The notes beneath the pieces are model-generated. The model had not been told where the DNA came from and searched no databases. It was given only the letters and a program-made list of their open reading frames with translations. A program made the position numbers and the translations under genes. From Eledone cirrhosa (lineage: Eukaryota), in assembly GCA_964016885.1 (NCBI GenBank), contig OZ024740.1, forward strand, positions 117,056,001 through 117,120,000: a stretch of 64,000 nt of DNA, read 5' to 3'. This document shows, in pieces, positions 52,960 through 64,000 of this stretch (position 1 is its first letter; every line of letters starts with the position of its first letter).

Positions 52960-53128
52960 TGGGTCTGTCTGTCTGTCTGTGCGTGTGTGTGTGTATAAAG
53001 AAAACTCACCATTTTGGTACCCGGATCTGTTTTGATGAAATACAGTGAAAAGTTTGTAAATGTTTATTTTCATCATTGCGGGCAATCTGTGTATCCGCCT
53101 TTGTTCAGACAAGTCGTGTCAAGTCCAA

Positions 53129-53142
53129 TAGCGCCACCTGCA
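53129..53142 (-). promoter_or_regulatory. Candidate CTCF-type site
   Basis: TGCAGGTGGCGCTA matches the CTCF core (CAGRKGGCGCTA), within a unique CpG-containing island at 53040-53290. Confidence 0.35.
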
Positions 53143-53491
53143 CATACATGTGCTATTCCTTGATAATTACCTGCGCGTATGGCACACTGCCATCATCATT
53201 TATCTCCTCATTAACATTAGATCGGGTACACACATTCACTGATATAATTGCAGCTGGTGTCATAAGTGCTGTGTTTCCTATTTGATGTGCTCTTGTTGCT
53301 GTTGTTATAATGTCATTACATTATCTTCTCTTTTGTTCTATAACCTATACATACAAACATACATACATACATACATATATATATATATAACATACAAACA
53401 TACATACATACATATATATATATATAAATATATATATATGTGTGTGTGTATACGCGTATATGTATACATGTATATATGTATATATGTGTGT

Positions 53492-53587
<96 letters not shown>

Positions 53588-53639
53588 GTATATTTTATGT
53601 TACTTTCATCCGCTTTTTTTCTGAATAAGAGAGTGGGGA

Positions 53640-53752
53640 ATTACTGTTTCATAATAATAATCATCATCGTCTTCGCCACAACAAGCAACGTCACCATCAT
53701 CCCCTTCATCACAATCATCATCATAATCATCAACACTATCATCGTCACCATC

Positions 53753-53786
<34 letters not shown>

Positions 53787-54130
53787 TCATCATCCTTAAA
53801 GAAATCCTGTATCCGTTGAGTATTGATTCATCATCACCATCACACTTCATTATAATCAACTCCAGAATCTAAAAAAAAATAAAATAAAACCAACAGCATC
53901 TCAAAATCTACCAACAAAAACCTTAACAACTACTACAATTACCACTGAAAACAGCAACAACAAAACCATCATCATTATGACCATCTTCATCACTTCATTT
54001 TCAAAATCATCATCCCTATCACCAGGACCACCATCATTATCATTACAACCACCTCCAGGACCACCAACATTATCATTCTCGTCTTTACGCCTTCACAACT
54101 ACCAACATCATAATCATGATCATGAAGGTG
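53640..54130. repeat. Degenerate (CAT/CAC/CAA)n low-complexity tract
   Basis: Direct reading; complementary (GAT/GGT)n tracts at 61720-61812 and 62027-62470. Confidence 0.9.
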
Positions 54131-54718
54131 CAACTCATCAAACGTATCTTTTTCATCCACGTGATTCCTCTAACGCTTGATTAATTAATCAGGGACTGTA
54201 TTTAATTTATTCAACAGCAACGTCATTCCCAATAGAGCTTCTATAAACTGAAATCTTTAAGTCTTAAAGTTAACTTGAGAAATGTTAGGGAAAGTATATT
54301 TGGCGGTAGTGTGCCGCGACATGCTAGAAATAGTAACCAAATTTCCATAAAACCACATCTGCATTAGTTTCATTCATCCCTTTCCCAAGTATATTTATAC
54401 TATAACGGAACCAGCACATGGTCCACGACATGCTAGAAATAGCAACTATATTTACACATAGTCACACTTTACCATTCCATTAAAAGAAGACAATTTGGTT
54501 AGTGCCGTCCTATATGCACCATGTCTCACGAAAAAAGTGTTTGTTCATATATTCGCTCAAGCAATGCTTGCGACAACAGCAAGAACTTAGAAAGTCGATG
54601 TCGTAAGCGTGTGCTGACATGCCTGAGGTTTAGCTGGCCTCCTCCAAAGTATATTTCGTTGGAGGTATCTTGGGTAATTTAATGATAGGGACCCCAGTCC
54701 TATCATCTCATTTCTACA

Positions 54719-54848
54719 GCTGAGTAAACTGGAGCGACGTGAAATAAGGTGTCTTGCTCAAGGAAACAACACATCAGCCGGTCCGAGAATTAAACTCCCA
54801 ACCTTTCGATTGCAAGCCCAATGCTCTAACCACTAAGCCATGTGCCTT
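54719..54848 (-). mobile_element. Second tRNA-derived SINE family (CORE-like TTGAGCAAGACAC motif)
   Basis: Minus strand TGGCTTAGTGGTTAGAGC A box followed by TTGAGCAAGACACCTTATTTCACG; degenerate relatives near 13080-13190 and 59120-59225. Confidence 0.7.
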
Positions 54849-54872
54849 CACAATAAAATTGTATACTAAGAT

Positions 54873-54945
54873 TGGTTGCTGCAAATTTCGAACTCACGAT
54901 CATTTGCGTGTTTACAAGACGTAATAACCACTACACCATGGAACC
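54873..54945 (-). pseudogene. tRNA-Val-like pseudogene
   Basis: GGTTCCATGGTGTAGTGGTTATTACGTC...ACACGC...GAGTTCGAA...AACCA resembles eukaryotic tRNA-Val; anticodon, T and acceptor stems are broken. Confidence 0.6.
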
Positions 54946-56316
54946 AAACAATGCCTGAGCTGTATCCTAGACCGAATTGTATGCTCTTCACTGCCTCATG
55001 GTTAGCACTTTTACCAAATCTTCAACTCTGTAATTAGTAGAGATATGTGCTTGCAGCTGTCTATTATGTCCCTCTTGTTCAGATCCGTAACTGTTACCAC
55101 ATCCTTGCTCACTTGACTGGGAATGCTCCGAGTTTATTGCCAGGAGGGATAAACGATTGCCAAGTCAGTAACTGCGGTAGTTTAATGTGTAGGAATTAAA
55201 CACGTGGGTCAAACAACAATTTCTTAATTTGGGTCGAAACATTGAGTAATAGAAAGGAAATCGGATATTGTGAAGTTCATGCTTTCCCCCCAAATTTTTA
55301 GCGAAATAACTGAAGTGCTTCTAATATGGCCCACACGCTCATTTGACAGAGTACTTATTACTACCACCTTACCCCAGAGTTGTTTGTTTATTTCTTTCTT
55401 TACTTTTATTTCTCTACTTTGAAATCTGATACTTGGCCGACTGATCATCTGATGATCGGTTGAATTTGTATGGATAAATTTAGTCCTGTTTGTTGGGAGG
55501 AAATATTACAGAAATATAAGAATAACCTGTCTGAAAGTTCGACATTTCGGCGCGTCGAAACAGTATGATATGACTTTCGATTGTGTGATCTTTGTATAAT
55601 ATACAGTATCAGCTAAAGTAGCGACTCAGTGAGAGGTCTTTGGAGAATTGAAGGATCATCTCATCTGAATAGCTCACATATTAATACGAAACATTAGTTA
55701 TTGGCTCAGTTGGATTTCTTATTCAGTTTTCTCTTATTTATATATTTATTTATTTATTTATTCATTTATTTACATTTATTTGGCTACAAAGTTTCATAAG
55801 AAATTCTTGAAAAGAATAAATGTTGCAACCTTAACAACAATAGCTAGGTTAATATAATAACACCACGACTAACACCAATAACAAAAAATACAACCAGCAT
55901 AGAAGACTTTATGTGGACGTTTGGCCTATCAAAAAACGCCCCAAGTCATACCCTAGTGTCTTGGAAAAGGACTGAAGCAATGTTGTAAGATAGTCCTACA
56001 TGTTCCTAAAGAGGACGGAATTGTTAAGGCAAAATTGCCTTCGATCATGTCTGTTCATTCAAAGTTGACCTGAAGTTAAAACCAACAACCTAATAACGGG
56101 ATAATAGAAAAACGCCTCTGCATAGTTCTTTGGTCTGCGTGAAATATCAGCCAAATGTCCACAAATAACATTGCTGTCTTAAAAATTGAATGATGTAGTC
56201 CTTGATACGCCATGTCTAAAATAAAAATGCGATGTTTACAATCAAGTACTGGATCGGTTTACGTGACTTAACCGTCCTATAAGAGAAATGTTTGAAATAA
56301 TAATTATTATAATCAA

Positions 56317-56540
56317 AGCAGTGGATTTGGCAAAATCGGTAGAGCCTCGGAAAAAATACTTTGCGGAATTTGTTCTATTTCTTTACGTTCTGAGTTCAAA
56401 CTCTGCCGAGGTCAAATTTGCCTTTAATCCTTCCTGGATAAAAAAAACAATATAAATTAGCAGCAAAGTATTGAGGCTGATGTAATCGGCTTTCCCCTGC
56501 CTCCACAAATTGCTGGCTTTGTGCCTAAATTAGAAACTAT
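56317..56540 (+). mobile_element. Old tRNA-derived SINE
   Basis: Degenerate consensus match ending GTGCCTAAATTAGAAAC. Confidence 0.75.
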
Positions 56541-59500
56541 CATTAAAATGTAAAATCGTTAGAACGTTAGACAACAAACCTTGCTCTACTTTGTAATGGT
56601 CCTTTATAATCTGAATTCAAAATGTACTTTGCCATTCGTCTTTCCAGCGTCGATGAAAGAAGTACCAGTCAAACACCAAGGGAAGCTCGTAATCGACATT
56701 TTCCTCCGCCAAAATATGTGCCCTGTTTCTAAGTGAGAAATCAATACAGGCACAACACCAACTTTGCGGTCCCTTGGTTCCAGATCCATGTCGGATTATC
56801 AGTTTTGCCAAACTATATAATAATTTACTAGAAACATATTACGAATTAAGTAACACTCTCCCTATCTATCAACTATAATAGTAGGAAGGTTAAAATGTTT
56901 GAAATAAACCCTAATGCTATGCAGTAGCCTCCTAATGTGAATTGGTCTGGCCTGCCGCGGGAAATTCAAGAGTTCATTCATAACTATATTCGGATAAAAG
57001 GAGATGCCGGATATTCAGTTGCCAGAAAATCGATGATGTACCCGTATTGTTATTTTATTGTCAGGATAGTGAATAAGGAAATCAGTGTGAATATAACTGA
57101 TCTTAATTTTGATATTGTTACTGTTGTTTGGGGTATGTTTTGCTCTTGTAATTTACGTAGCAATATCGAAGTAGCTTCAGATGTTTTCATCTGAAAGAAT
57201 CGCACGAATATTAGACATTGTCCGTATTCATCATCGTTCGGCTGCAGTAGCAGACGACCACATTCCTCTCCAGCTTTCATAATCAGTTGTGGTTCTGTGG
57301 TCAGGTGATTAGACTTTATCATAGGTAGAATGCGAGCACTCAGAATACACAGAGCCAGATATCGCAAAGCATTTCTTCCGACTCTCTAACAATTTCTTCT
57401 ATCCAGACTTATACTTTATTTTATCGAGCCTAAAGAATGGAATGCCTAGTTCACCTCAACAAGATTTAAACCGAGGGTGGAGAGAACTGGAATAAATACT
57501 GCAAAGCTTTAACTACACGGCCAATTCACTGTTCAATTGCCTATTTATAAATATTATTTTTGGTGAACATTGCAAAATAATAGAGGTAGTATGTGGATGT
57601 TGCCACATCTTTCAATACACAGTTTAATCGATTTAATTTCATTTACATATCTAATGCGGATAGCTATGAAAGTTGTTATATACTATATCTCTTCCACTAA
57701 AATATAGGGTCCTTATAACTGATTTGAAAGACACTATATTACTTATCTCAGTCGATTAGATCCAATTTAATTGTCTATTCGTAATCAAATGGCGTTTAAA
57801 CATTCAAGGGAGTCGATATCGAATCTGTAAAGTTCATTCCTATTTGAAGGGCAATTGGAACATAGTGACATGAAATACTTGAAACTGGGAATCAAAATTA
57901 AGCCGAGAATTCAGTTCGGTAGAAATGTTCTAGATTTATATAGGATATATTCTGGTGAATTATATTTACTTTGCTAAGAATTATATGCAATAAAATATGC
58001 TCTACGAAATACAACACATGTTATTTGTATGGGGTGTTCCTGGTGCTGGAACCCGCACACTTCTGTCCCGAATCCCGAAAGCAGCATTTGTTATTAAGGA
58101 AAATACTTATTCTCGGCTAAACTTAACTTATAATGCTATAATATAGTAGCAGAGTGGTTCTTAATTTATCGATGAAAAATTTATGAAAGAGAAGACTGGC
58201 TTTGATAGAATTTGAACTCAAAAGAATATCATATATAATTAAAGATAAAATGTTAAATCTAATATTCTACTCCCTTGGCCATCTCTAACACTCATTTATG
58301 CGTTCAATAAACACCTTTTCGTCAAGACCAATTTTTATAATATAATTTGTTCAATTGACACGAGAATATTACTGGTGCTTAGTTTGTAATCAAGTGTACA
58401 TCATAAAAAGGTCGTTTTCCGGATTTGTGCTAGGATTACGGCATTTAAGTGTTAGGAATACGGTATTCGATTAGGTAATTTCCTATTTAAGACGATAGGG
58501 TATGATTTACAGGAGACTTGGTTGCTGGCTAATTTTACGCTGTTACTGTTTAGTCTTGGAGAGAAGGGCAGTGCCGATAACGTTTTTCCTGGCTTCCGTG
58601 GTGAAAAATGGCCTGAATGCTTAAAATTAAAGTGGACTCCAGTAAATGCACACAAAAGCCATGTGCTTGTATTAAACTAGCCGACGGATAAGGTCTACCA
58701 GCCAATTAGGCCACAGCTTAATTTGAACTTAAAATGAAAATAGCTGAAACAAATACTGCAAAGTATTTCGCCTGACTCTCTAACAATTCTGCAATCCACA
58801 ACCTTTGATTAGTACTTTATTTTATCAATCCCGAAAGGATGATCGGAAAATTTCATCTGGAAGCGATTTGAACTCAAATCACTTAGAACAAGAAAAAATA
58901 CTACAGGCACCTTGTGCTTGGCTATAACCATTGAAAATTCGTTCCTATTTCCAAAAAGGAGCAGGAAACGGAGAGAGAAGCCCAATACGTGGAAGTCTGA
59001 AAGAAATTTACAGCTCAAACCTATACAAGTTTAGTTGGCCTCGTACGAGATTTCAGTATATATGAAGTTTTAACGAATGTTTTAATGATAAAGACCCCAG
59101 TCCTATCATGAAAAGTGACGTGAAATGAAGCATCTTTCTCAAGTACACAACCCGCTTCATGGTCCAGGAATTGAGCCCAAGACCATATGATAGTTAATTT
59201 AACTCCCAAACCACTAGGACACGCGCTTTCATTAAACAAATGTGGCAGACACGAGTTCCACCTGAATAGATTGCAGCAAGAGTCAGCTAGTTCCGAGAGA
59301 AAAGTTTACTTTCGATTAAACAAATATTTATGGAACAAGATTGGTGTAGTTTCTGTCTACGAAGTCTGCTTTACATGGCGAAATCATAAATGATTCTTCC
59401 AGTTACTGCTGCGTTGGAATTATCGTTCTGAAACCAAACGTCTGCCAAAATCATTACATGACAATTTATACTTCCTGTCCTGAAAAGCTCAGACCACTAA

Positions 59501-59564
59501 GATACATATTATTTTCCATACTGACGCGAGTCTGGTGATATCGTAGGTTGGTATGGCAGTAAAG

Positions 59565-59688
59565 TTTTGTTTTACTATATATATATATATGTATATATAT
59601 TTTGTTTTACTATATATATATATATATGTATATATATTTTGTTTTACTATATATACATATGTATATATATTTTGTTTTACTATATATG

Positions 59689-59700
<12 letters not shown>
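59565..59700. repeat. Minisatellite: four units of TTTTGTTTTAC + (TA)n/TG spacer
   Basis: TTTTGTTTTACTATATA at about 59565, 59600, 59637 and 59670. Confidence 0.9.
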
Positions 59701-59723
<23 letters not shown>

Positions 59724-59788
59724 GTACATACATATATATATAAATGTATGTGTATATGTGTATTTAAGTATATATATATATATATATA

Positions 59789-59872
<84 letters not shown>

Positions 59873-59937
59873 TATGTATATATATCTATGTAAGTATAGA
59901 TATGTATGTATATATTTATATGCATGTACATATATAT

Positions 59938-59997
<60 letters not shown>

Positions 59998-60351
59998 ATG
60001 TATGTATGTATGTATGTATGTATGTATGTATGTATGTATGTATGTATGTATGTATGTATGTACGTATGTATGTATAAGTATAAACATTTGTATATATCAT
60101 ATATATGTATGTAGTGTGTATAGCAAAACAAGAAGTGTGTAATGTTTGATAATTCTTACTTATTAAGAAATATGAATCTATCATATGTAAAAGTAAATAT
60201 TAGTTTTAAGCCGTTATGGTGGCAACATTCTCGAAAGAATTAATGATTAACTATGGATGAAGAAACTATAGAGTCGGATTCAATGAAATGGTTCATACAT
60301 ACGTATATGTGTGCGTTTGTGAGTGTGTGTGTGATGTGTGTGTGTGTGTGT

Positions 60352-60407
<56 letters not shown>

Positions 60408-60466
60408 GCGTGCGTGAGTATATGTGTGTGTGTTTATGTGCGCACATGCATCCTTTCATGCATATT

Positions 60467-60526
<60 letters not shown>

Positions 60527-61072
60527 CTTTAGGTCGTTTTGGAAGCCTCAACAATGCAGATGGGTAAATCTCTGGGTAACAAGATCCGGTGGTGGAGAGA
60601 AGGTTGAGATGTGTAGCGTGTAGAAGAATGTAGGAAAGAGCGTAAAGGATAAAAATAATAACACGAGTGCGGAAAGGTGCGAAACGTGTCCTCCGCTGTT
60701 CGTTGTTTTGAGTATCTGAGGTATTCAGCAGAGCGCGCATGCGCGTGAAATGGGGTCGGTCAAGCAGAGGTCGGCGGCCGAAATAGTTCTTTCAATTGTG
60801 GGAGTGGGGTGGCGTTAGCTGTAAGCACTTTGGATCAATATGTGTGTGTGTGTGTGTTTATATATATATATATATATATATATGAAAAACAAGGGGAGAA
60901 GAATACTGCATGGTTGCACATGGATTACATATTATAAAATTAGTCCCTCATCAGTGATTTGCCAACCGTCATTGGTATTTCATCGCATTAAATATCAGAT
61001 ACCTCAGGTTGGTGCAAGCAATAACTAAAATAAGCTATTGGGACAAGTGAAACGCGTAAAGCGAGTGAGACA

Positions 61073-61103
<31 letters not shown>

Positions 61104-61811
61104 TAAATATATATATATATATATATATATTAGGTGAATTGGCAGAGTTGTTAGAACACCGTATAGAAATCTTTATGTTTTTTGTTCCGTCTCACAACGC
61201 TCTCAGTTCAAATCTCACTTCTCGACACCGTTGAAACTTCTGCTTTGATTTGCGACCGGCAAATAGTATTCCTTTCAATTATTATTATTTTTATTGTGAG
61301 GCTAATACATTCAGACAAATCTTTAGCTGTTCAGTTTCCCCTCCAAAACTTAAGAAGTGGAACATAATAAAAACTAAAGTTTAGCTGATCATGCGATGAA
61401 CAACTTTTTGTTGGAGGAAACTCCATCAAAGAATGTTTGGGATTATATTGGTAAGAAACTTTCAGGAGAGCTGGACAGCAGAAAGTCTTCAGAGAAGTAG
61501 TCTCCCTCAAGCTAGTGTTTCAGCCCTTACCATACTAAGGGGGCCGGGCCGCATCCAGGCCATAACTCATGGGAGCCCTTCTGCTGATATTTGTCACTTG
61601 GATATCGGAGACTTGTGTATTTACGACCACAACCACCACCACTACTACTACAACTGTTTCCACTACGCATAATTACAATAAGAATATGAAGACAGAAACA
61701 TATAAAGAAATGGGTAGTGACAATAATAATGAGGTTGATGATGATGATGACAATGATAATGATAATGATAATAATGATGATGACGATCAGAATGATGAGG
61801 GTAATAATAAT

Positions 61812-62025
61812 GATTTCTAATATAGGCAGAAGGCCAGTAGTTTGGCGGAGGGGAAAGTAGATTAAATCGACCCCAGTACGTTACTGATGCGTAATTTTAT
61901 CGACCCTGTAAGGATGAAAGGCAAAGTTAACCTCAGCGGGATTTGAACTCAGAACATAAGGGGCCGTAAATCCATGCTGCAAAGCATGATGTCCGACTCT
62001 CTACCGATACTGCCAATCCACCACC
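61812..62025 (-). mobile_element. tRNA-derived SINE inserted in a (GAT)n tract
   Basis: Reverse-complement consensus match. Confidence 0.88.
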
Positions 62026-63410
62026 CTATGATGATGGTGGTAATAATAATGATGACGATCAAATGATGATAAGGATAATGATGAATACAATGGCGATAAC
62101 GATGATTGTGGTGGTTGTGGTGGTGATGGTGGTGGTGGTGGTGGCAGTAGGGATGATGAGGAGCAGGATGAAGAGAAGGGGAGGAGGGGAGAAGCAGCGA
62201 GCGACGATAACAACTACAAACGACTTGTTCGTTCAAGGACATTTATGTTGATAACATTGATTGTGCTGCTATTGTTCTTATTCTTGTCGGTGTTATTGTT
62301 GTTAGTGATATTGCTGCTGCTTATGATGATGACGATAATGATGATGATGATGATGATGATGATGACGACGACGACGACGATGAGGAGGAGGAGGGGAGGG
62401 GGAGGAGGAGGGGGTGTAGAGGATAATGGTAATTGTGGTAGTGGTAATAATAAGGATGATTAGATGATAAAAGAATCTGAGGTGGAGGGAACGAAGATGG
62501 AAGAATATAGTAATGTTAATGACTATATAATTGCAGAATTTTGTTTCGTTTCTTTTTTCTTCATTTATTTTCGTATTTATTTATTTATTACTTTATTTAT
62601 TTCCTCCATTTCTTCATTTTCTTCCTTTTTTCCAAAGATCTTTCTCTCTTTCTTGCCTTCTTTTTTCTTTCTTTCCCCATTGTTTTACCTTCATTTTACG
62701 TTTTATTAACACATATATCTCGTTTGTCAAGACACGTGTTCATATGGTTGTGGTTTTCGATTCAAGATCATAAGGGCGCGGGTTTGATTCCTGGCCTGAA
62801 CGGTGCGTTGACTTCATTTCACGATGCTTATCATGATAGGACTTGGGCTCCTATCATTAAAACACCCAGAAAACTCCTATGAGATGTAGCCTCGTACGAA
62901 GTAAGCTAATCCTGCGTAGGTAGTTGTGAACTGTAGATTTCTTTCATACTTCGATTCATTTACCTTTCACTTCCTAAGAACACAGCCACATATAACAAGC
63001 TAAATCTACCCTCAATCGAAAGAAGAAACAGAATTTTAAAAACTCCACTACATATTTGCTTTTGGCTCTTTTCTATACAACTCGTTCATAGGTGTTGATC
63101 AATTAAAAGAAAACATAAGAGTTCAATGTGTATAGATTGAAATGAAGTGTTGAGTAATGTATAACATTCTCTTTGGTTTCCTTTTCAGAAATGTAAATGA
63201 ATTATTGTAAACATTTTTTTTTTGTAGTTGTCTGTTAATAATTTTGAATAATGAATGTTATATAAACAAAATAAAAGATTATCGCCTCTCTTATATAAAC
63301 GGTTTTTCTCGTGAGTAGAGTGGTGCATTACATTTGCACCACCCTGTATAGGAACAATATATATATACATCAACAGTAAGAATGAATCACATTGTTACTT
63401 TTTCGGAGTA

Positions 63411-63480
<70 letters not shown>

Positions 63481-63777
63481 GTACATATGCATGTATGAAT
63501 AAATCAAAACCTGTAAAAAGTACAATAGTAGATCATGGCTAAACAGAAACAGCAAGGGTTGGGTATGTAAATAGAGAAATATTACATTCATACATAATTG
63601 CACGCTAATGTAAAATATAGCTATATATTCTCTATAATGATATAATCTAGCAATATTAACATCAATATATAAATATATACACAAGATAGAATACAAAAAC
63701 CAAAACACATACACTCAAACGCGAACACACACACCAAACATTATACACACACGCAAACGAATGCGCAGAGACAAGAA

Positions 63778-63824
<47 letters not shown>

Positions 63825-64000
63825 AATAAAAATGGCGTAGACATTACAATACAATAGGAGGGAACATAATAGTACCACTGATGATGTTGCAGATGTGCAA
63901 CGAAACAACTTTGTTAGACTATATATATATATTTATATCTGTATTTTTAACCGTTGGTCAATCAATGATAAACATTGATTGCCAAATAAATCAACTATGG

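Noticed and set aside
54873-54945. Functional tRNA gene
   Set aside because: Cloverleaf stems are disrupted; reported as a pseudogene.
59565-59700. Repeat-spacer pattern superficially like a CRISPR array
   Set aside because: Spacers are TA microsatellite variants, the context is eukaryotic and there are no cas genes.
60900-61065. CTGATGAG (minus strand, ~60947-60954) and GAAACGCGTA (plus strand, ~61049) hammerhead halves
   Set aside because: They lie on opposite strands and each lacks its partner half.

Overview
This is AT-rich, microsatellite-saturated animal genomic DNA. The tRNA-derived SINE family and repeat landscape suggest a cephalopod (Octopus-like) genome; that assignment is inference. 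Only one credible host coding segment is present: a 670-nt first coding exon on the minus strand (15026-15695) encoding a Gly/Ser/Ala-rich N-terminus typical of a developmental transcription factor. Its downstream exons were not found in the window. The rest is mostly mobile DNA: a near-intact Chapaev3 DNA transposon, a decayed Penelope-like element (PLE) with RT and GIY-YIG domains, a second PLE fragment, R4/Dong and RTE LINE relics, a non-autonomous Helitron, many SINEs and a tRNA-Val pseudogene. The most striking pattern is a dense set of small non-coding elements lodged in or beside (TA)n tracts. Several carry minimal type-I hammerhead ribozymes (about 9 well-formed motifs in at least 7 sequence families, including a putative U3-A8 core variant). 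Several are long near-perfect palindromes, or permuted monomers with terminal direct repeats that look like retrozymes. Nearly all ORFs in the supplied track are microsatellite artefacts. All alignments and folds were done by eye, and coordinates of degenerate elements are approximate.
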